Positions 38,126 through 49,886 of a stretch of 64,000 nt of DNA are shown piece after piece. Made by a program: the position numbers and the translations under genes. Under the pieces are notes generated by a model. It was not told the origin of the DNA. It saw nothing but the letters and a program-made list of their open reading frames with translations, and did no database searches. Origin of the DNA: Sphaerodactylus townsendi (taxonomy: Eukaryota); contig NC_059430.1 in assembly GCF_021028975.2 (NCBI RefSeq), forward strand, positions 10,974,001-11,038,000, written 5' to 3'. Position 1 is the stretch's first letter, and each line of letters opens with the position of its first letter.

Positions 38126-38506
38126 TGGAACAATAGGGTGTATAGTTCAGCGTGCTCTGTAATGCATGCAAGGCACGATGGTGTAGGGAGAGAGGAAGAC
38201 CGCCTGATATTGGACTCTACCTCTGATATTGGAAACCAATGCCTGAAGTGAGGTCAGGACCAAATAAAACCACGGGAGGTGGAGCCGATGGTTGAAGGGA
38301 GCATAGGGCCCTGCAAGCAGTGTTAAGGTAGTCCTTGTGAGTCTGTTGCAATTTGGGGGGCGCTTCAGCAAAACAGGTGAAACTAGAACAAGGGGGAAAG
38401 GAGCCGCAGGCAAAGAGCTTGCCATCCCTGCAGAGCGGGAGGACCGGGAAGGAGGAGGGGAAAGGCACATTTTTCCTACTTCTATAAAAATCCTGCAAAA
38501 TCTTAC

Positions 38507-38700
38507 CTTGCAGTGGGGAAGCTGCTCGAGCAATCCGAGCATGCTCAGTGTGGCGCTTGGAAGCTGTTGCCCTCGATTGCTTTGCCCATCCGCGGTGATG
38601 CGACTTCCTAGGCTCGGTTTTTTAAAAAAGCACGTGCGACAGGAGCAGCCAGGGCCAAAGATGTCTTGAGTTGCAAAACATCGCTAAAAGCCAGGGCTGA
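38507..38700 (-). promoter_or_regulatory. Candidate alternative PIGM first exon or promoter
   Basis: Strong minus-strand donor AAG|GTAAGA at 38507, CpG-enriched upstream, GAGCATGCTC palindrome, CACGTG E-box at 38631. Confidence 0.45.
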
Positions 38701-40576
38701 GGAGGAGAGGTGATGGATTTCCAGGGGATTACATACGAGGGCAAGCACAGTTTAAACTTTAAAGTAAATGAGTTATTGCTCTGTCCTCTAGTGCATTTTA
38801 CTGTCTACCTATTTTTCATGGCGATTAATTTATAGCGGTGCTGTGAACTCTTGTGCGGCACATTATAAAGCGATGAGGGGCAGGAAATGCCTGTAAATCA
38901 TGTCTGCTTCTTATGCAAGGATATAGATCAGCTTTATAGGGAGTCAGTCTGTCGGTCCATCCATCTGTCCAAGATCTTATTATTATTATTACTATGTTGT
39001 TATTATTATGGAGGTCATGTTGTTCTGATTACTGCTTTGATGTTCCATATTATGAAAGTTATTATGTTTTGTTATGTAATTATGTTTGAGTTTGTTAACT
39101 GATACGTGACTATTGAGTATTTGTTCATCTGATTTTGGAAACTATTAAAGAGTTATTGAGCTTGTATATTATTGCTGATGCTGTTGTTGCATGTATTGTT
39201 ATGATGTACTGTATTGCTATGTATTACCGTGTTTCCCCAAAAATAAGACAGTCTCTTATATTAATTTTTGCTCCCCAAGATGCGCTATGTCTTATTTTCA
39301 GGGGATGTCTTATTTTTCTGTGTTCTGTTTGTCGGGCATGCTTCCAAACAAAAACTTTGGTATGTCTTACTTTCGGGGGATGCCTTATATTTCGCACTTC
39401 AGCAAAACCTCTACTATGTCTTATTTTTAGGGGATGTCTTATATTTAAGGAAACAGGGTACTGCTAAGTATTATTGTTATGATGTTGTTCTCCGTGAGCC
39501 CTTCAGGGAGGGCAGGTATACAAATTAAAAATTCCATTCCATCCCATCTCTGAAGCAGAAACAATGGCTGCCTGCATCAAAAGTGCCATAGACTGAACCT
39601 GGGACTTTTCTACATACAAAGCAAGTGTAGTACCACTAGGGATGCCAGCCTCCATGTGGGACGTGTGGATCCCCAGGAGTTACAGCTCATTTCTAGACTA
39701 CAGAGGTCAGCTACTCTGGAGTAAAATGGATGCTTTGGAGGGCAGGCTCTGTGGCAGTGGTGGCGAACCTATGGCACTCCAGATGTTCATGGACGACAAT
39801 TCCCATCGACCACTGCCAGCATGGCCAATTGGCCATGCTAGCAGGGGCTGATGGGAATTGTTGTCCATGAACATCTGGAGTGCCATAGGTTCACCACCAT
39901 GGCTCTATGGTATTGTACCCCACTGAAGTCCCTGTTCTCCCCAGGATCCATCCCCAAACCTCCAGGCTTTTCCCAACCGAGATCTGGCAACCCTACCCCC
40001 TCTCCTGCTGGTGGGCAAGGGGGACCCTCGGCATCACTGAGCCAACCCCCCTCCCTGCTTCCCTACCAGGAGTTGGACATTCTACAGTAGCCTAAGGAGG
40101 GTCTCTAGATACCAATATGAGTCCAACAGAGCATTGCCTTGGATGGAAAGACTTCTGAGGTACAGGTTGCAGAAGCGAGGGAGACTCAACTTTGACTTTA
40201 AAAACTGCCTCTTTTATAGACAAACTTCACATGATGAACCATTGAATTCCCATGCATCACAGTCCCTGACATCAATAATATTTTTTTTAAAAAAACTTAA
40301 TGTTTTTCAGTCTGCTAGTGTCTTACAGATACATATTATTTTTGGGGAGTCTTCGACAGGTTTAAAGAATCTTTGAAGTACAGTTGTTTTTCTTTGGTGA
40401 TTCTCATTTGTCACAGATGAATCAGTTGTCACAGATCCTCTGAAGATGCCAGCCACAGATGCAGGAGAAATGTCAGGAGAGAATGTTGCTAGAACACGGT
40501 CATACAGCCCAGAAACCACACAGCACCCCACTATCTTAATTTTACTCAACTCTCTTTCTCTGATCTCAGTTCAGTC

Positions 40577-41600
40577 CAGTGATGGTGAACCTTTTCGAGA
40601 CCCAGTGCCCAAATTGCAACCCAAAACTCACTTATTTACCTCAAAGTGCTAACACAGCAATTTAACCTGAATGCTGAGGTTTTTGTTTAGAAAAAATGGT
40701 TGGCTCCGAGGTGTGCGTTACTCAGGAGTAAGCTTGGTGGCAGTTGGTGGCTTTGCTTTGAAGCAACCATGCAACTTTTTGAACAGGTGAATCACGACCC
40801 TAGGAGGGTTTACTCAGAAGCAAGCCCCATTGCCAGCAACTGAGCTTACTCCCAGGTAAAGGATCGCACTTTAGTTCTTTGCATGAAAATCAGTGGGATT
40901 TAACAGCGCTTAACAGGGTTACCTACACTGCTTCCTCAAAACTAGGTCTTAGGTTTAATGCGAATAAACAAGCCCAGCAGCCCAGACCAGCCTAGATGTG
41001 TGGGGGGGGGCAATTTCCCCCCACATGACAAACTCTGTTTGCACATGTCCACAGAGAGAGCTCTGAGTGCCACTTCTGGCACCCGTGCCATAGGTTTGTC
41101 ACCACTGGTTCAGTCAGAAGGATTTACTGCCGAATGCCTGGATGCTGTAAGCAGCCTTACAGGCCCTTTTGTTATGGCGATAGAGCAGTGATGGCGAACC
41201 TTTTCGAGACCGAGTGCCCAAATTGCAACCCAAAACCCACTTATTTATCGCAAAGTGCCAACACGGCGATTTAACCTGAATACTGAGGTTTTAGTTTAGA
41301 AGAAACAGTTGGCTCCGAGGCGCACATTACTCAGGAGTAAGCTTGGTGAAGCAACCGTGCAACACTTTGAATGGGTGAATCACAACCTTAGGAGGGTTTA
41401 CTCAGAAGCAAGCCCCATTGCCAGCAACTGAGTTTACTCCCAGGTAAAGGATCGTGCCCAGGCCAGCCTAGATTGTGTGTGTGGGTGGGGGGGGGGTGAT
41501 TTTCTGCACACACCTCCACAACAAACTCTGTACACGTGTGCCCACAGAAAGGGCTCTGAGTGCCACCTCTGGCACCTGTGCCACAGGTTCGCCACCTCTG
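40577..41600. mobile_element. Two adjacent copies (40577-41107, 41186-41600) of a ~400-530 bp hAT element; third copy 49977-51028
   Basis: TIR CAGTGATGGCGAACC; shared internal sequence; 8-bp flanking duplications. Confidence 0.85.
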
Positions 41601-42103
41601 CGATAGAGGTTTGTATTAGGCTGTGTGTTCCTCAGGGCTTTTTAATCAACATTAAACTTAGGCATCCATGCTGTTTGGTTTTCTAAGGCTTTCATTATTC
41701 AGCTCAAATTGAGGATCAGAGATTTCTTATTTCTAAAAGTGAGTACCTGCAAACAGTAAGCAATTAATGTAACATGGAAAGATTAATACATTCAATTTGA
41801 TATCAGTAATCCATCAATGCGATTAATTTTTGTGTGTGATAACAGTATGCTGCCCTTACCACTGGAAATGGGTGACTACACACAGTAGCTTTCCCAACAC
41901 TGGCACCCAGTCTCTTCAACTCTCAAATGAAGCCTACATTGATTCCTGCTCTCATTTGTGCACCAGTAAGACTGCTTTCCTGGAGAATCTTTGACACCCG
42001 AAAGCTTTGCTGCCTGTCTCTGAAGTTGGTTTCCGCCTTCTTTGTAACTGTGCCATGATTGCTTGTTGTTGCTGCCATTTAATAATTGTTTCTGCATATA
42101 CAG

Positions 42104-42680
42104 GAGTGAATGGATGTCTTCCTATGAGAACAGAAAGTGACTTCAGTGAACAGTTTCTTAAAGGGGGTTGAACTTTGGATGGAGCTCACTTTGGGTTGCC
42201 TGAATGCAAGCTAGAGGTGCACACCTATATGCAAGAAGGCAGATTCAAGACAGCGCTTCAACGTATACAAGAAGCTTCCAAAATTCTGTAGAGGGGAGAA
42301 GTCTTCCTGATGGCTTTATATTGTAGAAGAACCATTACTTTCACAGTGGAAGAAGTCCTTCATATTCCAGCTGATCCTGATTATGAGAAGGTTATAACTG
42401 AACCCCCATGCAAGCCTTGCAGTGGTGATGTCTTCCCAGATTCTTTTAAAGGTTCTCCTCAGGAAAAAAATATATGATTGGCGCTGTGATCAATATACCG
42501 GGATCAATTCTGGAGTCAAGACTGTGGCCAAAAAGGAATCCGAAGTTGAGAAAAGTTGACCACAAAAGAAACTTCGTAAGGCATGGTTACACATTGCTAG
42601 AGCCTTCCGGTCGAATTATTCTGTTACACTACATTGGAGATGAGAAGGAATTCCAGGCATCTCCTCATGGTAACAGGTGG
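42104..42680 (+). pseudogene. Frameshifted CG-1-like / MULE-transposase-type DNA-binding domain remnant
   Basis: Across three frames: EPPCKPCSGDVF..., YDWRCDQY..INSGV, LWPKRNPKLRK..NFVRHGYTLLEPSGRIILLHYIGDEKEFQASPHGN; in-frame stops upstream; acceptor-like tacag at 42103. Confidence 0.5.
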
Positions 42681-42831
42681 ATTCACGATAAAGATGCAAA
42701 AAGTATCATCAGGCAGAAAAAGAAGTTCCGGAACAGACTGCTGAAAAAAACAAACACAGAAGCAACAAGAACAGGAAATAGCTATTGCCACTCTTAAAAT
42801 AAATTCTTTTAAAAAGAATTTCTACTTACAG

Positions 42832-44067
<1,236 letters not shown>

Positions 44068-44218
44068 TGTGCGGACAGCTTCCAGTAGATTAAAACTTGT
44101 TCACTATCAGGAAAGTATTCAGGCATTATTACAAAATATTTATAGAAAAGCCACATTTGCTTTTTCACTCTGTGTTCATTCTCTTGCTCGTCCTCCAATG
44201 CAGTCTATACCATTATTT

Positions 44219-44511
44219 AGAAGAAGAAGAAGAAGAAGAGTTTGGATTTATATCCCCCCTTTCTCTCCTGCAGGAGACTCAAAGGGGCTGACAATCTCCT
44301 TGCCCTTCCCCCCTCACAACAAACACCCTGTGAGGTGGGTGGGGCTGAGAGAGCTCCGAGAAGCTGTGACTAGCCCAAGGTCACCCAGCTGGCATGTGTG
44401 GGAGTGCACAGGCTAATCTGAATTCCCCAGATAAGCCTCCACAGCTCAGGCGGCAGAGCTGGGAATCAAACCCGGTTCCTCCAGATTAGATACACGAGCT
44501 CTTAACCTCCT
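44219..44511 (-). mobile_element. Squam3-like SINE
   Basis: Near full-length. Confidence 0.9.
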
Positions 44512-45579
44512 ATGTTCTTCTGTTACCTATATATCTAATGGAAACTCCTGTATTAAAAGTGACCAGTAGATTTAATGTATTAATCAGAAATAAACACTTT
44601 TAACTATTATAGATGTCCTCCGATAGAAACCTCCTGGTCCCAAAGACGTTAGACTGACCTCAACCAGAGCCTTTTTTTTGCCCTGGTGGAATGCTGGCAG
44701 CTGACACCAGGACCTTGTGGGACTTCAAATCAAATGAGTAAATACAACAAATTAAAAAAAAACAGTTGTGGAGAGCCTGTAAGACAGAGATGTTCCCCCG
44801 GGCTTTTGGATGAGGCCACCTGTTCATCCGATGCCCTCTGCTGGCCTCACATCCACTTACCACCAACACACATCTTATGCCTTGTGTGTCTTTCCTCTCT
44901 TCCTAATCTCTCTCCCCCCCCCCCCCATGCTTGAGCAGCCCTTAGAAAAGGGGCTGTGTCAAGGTGAGAAGGATGTTCCTTTCTAGGACTGCTATTTCTA
45001 GATTTTGCCATCTTTTAGGGCTTTTTTTGCCATTTTTAGCTTTTTAAGATTAGATGGTACTCAGGTTTTACAAATACAATATTTAAGTAGTGTTTTCAAT
45101 ATTATTATTTATTAGATTTCATAGACCGCCTCATCCACCCTCTGTGCCACCCTGAGCTTGACTTTGGTTGGGAAGGGAGGGGTATATGGTTAATAAAATA
45201 ATAAGTAATGGATTGTTTATGCTAGGTAACTAGACAGCAGAGGCATATTTATCACCAAGTACCGCTGAAGATTCAGTACCCTGCTAAGTCTGTTGCTACA
45301 ATAGTCTAGCAATATTTAGATATTTCAGTGTAGTTCTAAAATAAGGGGTGTGTAATGCCTTTGAAGATCCTCATGTCAGATACAGGAGCAGCCTGTAATA
45401 GCATATTTTTCTCCTGCGACAGACCCCGGCCTCCCTGGAAAAAAGGGGAGGGCAAAGCAAAACCCAAGCTCCCCAAGACCAGCAGTCAGAGTGATAGCCA
45501 CAGCGGCAAACTCGGACGGAAATTTGCAGGAGTCTCGGGGCATTTTTCAGATCTCTATGAAGCACGACAGCGAAGGCGA

Positions 45580-45870
45580 TAGTGAAGTTAAGGAAGCAGG
45601 TGCATTCTAATCTGGAGGGACCGGGTTTGATTCCCCGCTCTGCCACCTGAGCTGCGGAGGCTTATCTGGGGAATTCAGATTAGCCTGGGCACTCCCACAC
45701 ACGTCAGCTGAGTGACCTTGGGCCAGTCACAGTTCTTCGGCGCTCTCTCAGCCCCACCCACCTCACAGGGTGTTTGTTGTGAGGGGGGAAGGGCAAGGAG
45801 ATTGTCAGCCCCTTTGAGTCTCCTGCAGGAGAGAAAGGGGGATATAAATCCAAACTCCTCCTCCTCCTCC
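45580..45870 (+). mobile_element. Squam3-like SINE
   Basis: Near full-length. Confidence 0.88.
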
Positions 45871-46179
45871 TCTTCATAATAATAATAATAATACTAAGAC
45901 ATTGCATTACAACTTCCTAGGCCGCTGGGTGAGGCTCGAATTGTAATGAAGGCCAACAACCAGCTAAAGATCTGGCAGCTGTGAAATCTACAATGATGAT
46001 GATGATGATGATGATGATAATAATAATAATAATAATAGTCTGGGCGCAGTGGGACAGAGGTGGCGAAAAGCCTGACAGCGGAGAGACCCAACTGCTTACT
46101 ACCAAAAAATTGACAGAAGCTATAAAACAAAATAAGAAGAACAAACGAAGAACCCCGGAAACAAACCATAATGCCTTAC

Positions 46180-46620
46180 CAGGTGAGCAGAGCCTGTCGG
46201 CACACAGACTGGAAGAAGGCTAGGAAATTTCCTTCCGGGGGAAAAAAACAACCCGGCGAGGGAGGGTGGTGTCGCCCCTTCCGCTCCAGACAGCCGCGAA
46301 CAGTAAGTTTCACTGGTGTTTCTTGACTTTTAATCCATGCCGGGCGCTGGCAAAGAGCCAAGAGCATTCAAGTAGAAGCGGCTAGACCTTTCCAGACGCT
46401 CTCCAGCCACCCGGAAGCGGAAGTAAAACTAGAGGAAGTAAGGCGATCACCATAGAGACTTCGAATACCATAGAGTCTCCACCAGACTAAGACCTGGAGA
46501 ACTTCAATAGCATTTCTAAAGAGTCAAGAAGGCAAAAATGCAGCCGCCACCAAGTCACGTGGGCGCAAAGGAGTGTGAACTGAGCCAATACTCCCCTCTA
46601 GTGGCGGACGGGTTCCTTCT
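46180..46620 (-). promoter_or_regulatory. Housekeeping-type promoter and non-coding first exon of CEBPZOS(-PIGM)
   Basis: Tandem ETS/GABP sites CCGGAAGCGGAAGT 46411-24, two ACCATAGAG motifs, E-box GTCACGTG 46554-61, CCAAT, CTCF-like CCCTCTAGTGGC 46594-605, local CpG enrichment; minus-strand donor CTG|GTAAGG at 46180. Confidence 0.75.
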
Positions 46621-46870
46621 CTCCTCCTCTCTTGGTTCCTGAGTTTGTACAAACCAGGGCTAATATAAGAAATAATCAAAAAGACTGGAGGAGACCTCAA
46701 GTCCCCAGACAAGAATGGGGCTGATACAAATGCCAGGCTTGACCAATTGATGGAGATGACTGGATATTGGCATGAAAAAACCAGAGAACCTCTCAAGAGG
46801 GTTGATGGAAGGCTAATGTGGGTAGAGGCTGATACAGTAGACATGAAGAATAATGCTGTTAATCATAATA

Positions 46871-47340
46871 AATGTATTGTCGAAGGCTTTCACGGCCGGA
46901 ATCACTGGGGTGCTGTGTGGTTTCCGGGCTGTATGGCCGTGTTCTAGCAGCATTCTCTCCTGACGTTTCGCCTGCCTCTGTGGCTGGCATCTTCGGAGGA
47001 TCTGATAGTAGGAAAGGAAAGCAAGTGGAGTATATATACCTGTGAGTAAGAGTCAATAGATGAGGGCATCTGAATAGGAGTGGCCTGGCAAGTGAGTAAC
47101 AGTGAAGTGTAGCATGTGAGTAACAATGGAGATAGCAAGGTCAATTGGTGAGGCACCTGAACAGAAGTAGTCTGGTCTTTGTTCCCTTTGATTGTCTGTA
47201 GTCCTCCTGTGTCTGTGTGGAGCTGATTAGTCACTGTTTTAACTCTAGTGTTTTTCAAAACTGGCAGTCAAATTCTGTTCATTTTCATGGTTTTTTCCTT
47301 TCTGTTGAAACTGTCCATGTGCTTGTGGATTTCAAGCACA
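46871..47340 (-). mobile_element. Penelope-like element 3' fragment with degenerate hammerhead
   Basis: Terminal repeat ..GAAGATGCCAGCCACAGA.GCAGGCGAAACGTCAGG..GCCTTCGACAATACA; shorter copies at 6447-6540, 12655-12812, 24474-24735, 40434-40530, 47742-47840, 54050-54190, 60040-60135, 60350-60476. Confidence 0.75.
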
Positions 47341-47349
47341 GAGAAGCCA

Positions 47350-47740
47350 TCTAATCTGGAGGAACTGGGTTTGAGTCCCCGCTCTGCCGCCTGAGCTGTG
47401 GAGGCTTATCTGGGGAATTCAGATTAGCCTGTACACTCCCACACATGCCAGCTGGGTGACCTTGGGCTAGTTACAGCTTCTTGGAGCTCTCTCAGCCCCA
47501 TCTACCTCACAGGGTGTTTGTTGTGAGGGGGGAAGGGCAAGGAGATTGTAGGCCCCTTTGAGTCTCCTGCAGGAAAGAAAGGGGGGATATAAATCCAAAC
47601 TCTTCTTCTCCTTCTCTCAGCCCCACCCACCTCACAGGGTGTTTGTTGTGTGAGGGGAGAAGGGAAGGGAGATTGTCAGCCCTTTTGAGTCTCCTACAGG
47701 AGAGAAAGGGGGGATATAAATCCAAACTCTTCTTCTTCTT
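47350..47740 (+). mobile_element. Squam3-like SINE with tandem-duplicated 3' half
   Basis: 3' ~125 bp repeated at 47613-47740. Confidence 0.85.
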
Positions 47741-47855
47741 TTCCGGACTGTGTGGCCGTCGTCTGGTGGATCTTGTTAGGCGAAATGTTAGGAACAAGAT
47801 CCACCAGAACACGGCCACACAGCCTGGAAAACCCACCAGAACCAAACGGAACTCA

Positions 47856-48000
47856 GTTCTCAGAAGCTAAACAGGGGTGGGCCTGGCTAGTATTTGGATG
47901 GGAGACCTCCAAAGATACTAGACACATGACGTAGAAGCAGACAATGGCAAACCAACTCCAAAAGTATCTTGCTTTGAAAACCCCACGAGGTGCGACTAGA
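47856..48000 (+). mobile_element. 5S rRNA-derived SINE fragment with RTE/BovB-like tail
   Basis: AGAAGCTAAACAGGGGTGGGCCTGGCTAGTATTTGGATGGGAGACC resembles the 5S internal promoter region; followed by ATGGCAAACC..GAAAACCCC. Confidence 0.7.
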
Positions 48001-48269
48001 TGGGGAAAAACTGGGAGGGGGGATTAGAGTGCGGAGATCAAAACAATGTGCTTGGCTTATCAAGTCATAGTATGGTCATGGGGGGTATGGTCGGGGGGGG
48101 GGGGCTTTGCTTGTAGCAATGCATAATCCTAGGCTATCTCAGCTAAATGTAGCCTACAGAAGGCAGGAAAGGAGAAGCGGTTGTAAAGAAACATTGAATA
48201 TCCAAGAAAAAATAAACATAGAGATGGCTAAGACAGCAAGGTATACAGAAGGAAAACAGTGCTAAGTTC

Positions 48270-48990
48270 CATCTCTAACTGGACAACCTTAATAAATGTG
48301 GCCTTCCATATAACATCCATATGATCAAAAATTGGGATCATTTTAAAAGTGAACTTACCCAAAGAATCAAAGATGTATCACGACAGTCTGATCTGGCAAG
48401 ATATTCAGATTTTCCTCTATGCTATACACAGAAATATATCACTGCCCCTGCTCCTTATTTAACTTATCTGGATAAAAAAGATCTAAGGAGAGCTTTTACT
48501 CTTGTAAGAAGTGGCATTTACCTTCTGCTACGTGAGAAGGGAAATATCAAAAGATACCTTACGCTTCGCAAGGTTATTATGCCCTTGCTCTCTGGAATTC
48601 TGTAGAAACTATATACTATAAGCATTAAAGTGTCCCCTTTATGAGGAGGCAAGGAAAAAATGCCTGTCACATCTACTACACAAAATGACATATTGTTCTG
48701 ATAAAGTTTGTTGTGAAAAACTATTACAAGATAAGAAGGAGAATATTACTAAATGGGTAGCAAAATTCTGTCTATTCATTATGAAAAAGAAAAAATGATC
48801 TGAATATGGTATCCCCCTTAGATATTTTTGTTTTGTTTAGTATTTTTATGCTGTTTGGTGTGTTTACAAAGTATAATGATATATAGATGGATAGTGCTGG
48901 ATTATGGGAGAGAGATCTGCATTCTTGTTTTGTTGTAGATATTTTGGAGATTTGTAATATATCTGGTCATTGACTGTAAATAAAGTCTTC
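48270..48990 (+). mobile_element. RTE-X-like LINE 3' fragment
   Basis: APYLTYLDKKDLRRAFTLVR..CPC..KCPLY. Confidence 0.65.
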
Positions 48991-49745
48991 TTCTAACTGG
49001 ACAAAGAATGCAAAATGGTCTTATTGCAGCTGTTGCTTGGAAGAAGAAAAAACTTTGTTCAGGACAAATATGAATCAAGTACATATTTTTTAAAACGGCT
49101 AGTACTTTATAAGCATGTGATAATGACAACCAACGGCAGCCATCAGCCATTTCCTTTGACACATCCAAGGGTGTCACGGAGCTTCTTCATTTCCTTTTAT
49201 CCAACACAAGGGAGGGCCAGGAATTTCCCCAACTTATTCAAACCTTTTTACTTAAATCAAGTACATCCCAGGCATTTCGCTGCACTGAGCTCTATTTCAA
49301 AAGCAGTGTTTCAGCACACGGGGAAGAAAGTGTCATACTCAAAAGCTCCCCAAACATAAACCTTTCAAGAGTTTGTCTATTAAACAGATGCATTAAACAG
49401 TCTATTAAACAGATGCATTTAGTCCTAACTGCACATCGAGGAGATACAGTCGACTCTTATTGGTTCCCCCCTCTTCCCATTACATCAGGTCAATTCTTTA
49501 AGACTACAGACAAGGTACAATCCCGATTAGCATCAGGAGATGATGCCAGCCGTCAAAACCAAAATGTGGAGGTTTTTTTCACTCTGAGATGCCTACTACC
49601 ACCACCACCAAGTGAAAAGGCATCCTTTCAAAAATGAGTCTGTCGTGAGAAAGGGGAATGAAAAGTTTTGTCTGCAAAGTGCCACGGCTGGGTTGGCAAA
49701 AAAGTTTCTTTCCTGTATCTGAATTCAAACTCCCCGCCGGCTGGA

Positions 49746-49886
49746 TTACTTATTTGCGACAGCTGAAAGCTGGTCACGAATCCTCCCTAGGCCATCCAGC
49801 ATCGTGCCCACGGTTTGTTTATTCAGCTCTATGGTCAATGCAGAGGTTGTGAGGCCGTTCCCGCATAAGGCAGCATCTTCCTGAAT
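49746..49886 (-). CDS. COMMD9: COMMD9 coding exon 6
   Basis: IQEDAALCGNGLTTSALTIELNKQTVGTMLDGLGRIRDQLSAVANK*. Confidence 0.96.
   Translation of the reverse strand: MQEDAALCGNGLTTSALTIELNKQTVGTMLDGLGRIRDQLSAVANK

Noticed and set aside
45917-46223. Poly-Ile/poly-Met/poly-His ORFs
   Set aside because: (ATG)n(ATA)n microsatellite artefact.
47856-47921. 5S rRNA gene
   Set aside because: Partial, diverged and fused to a retroposon tail; SINE-derived.
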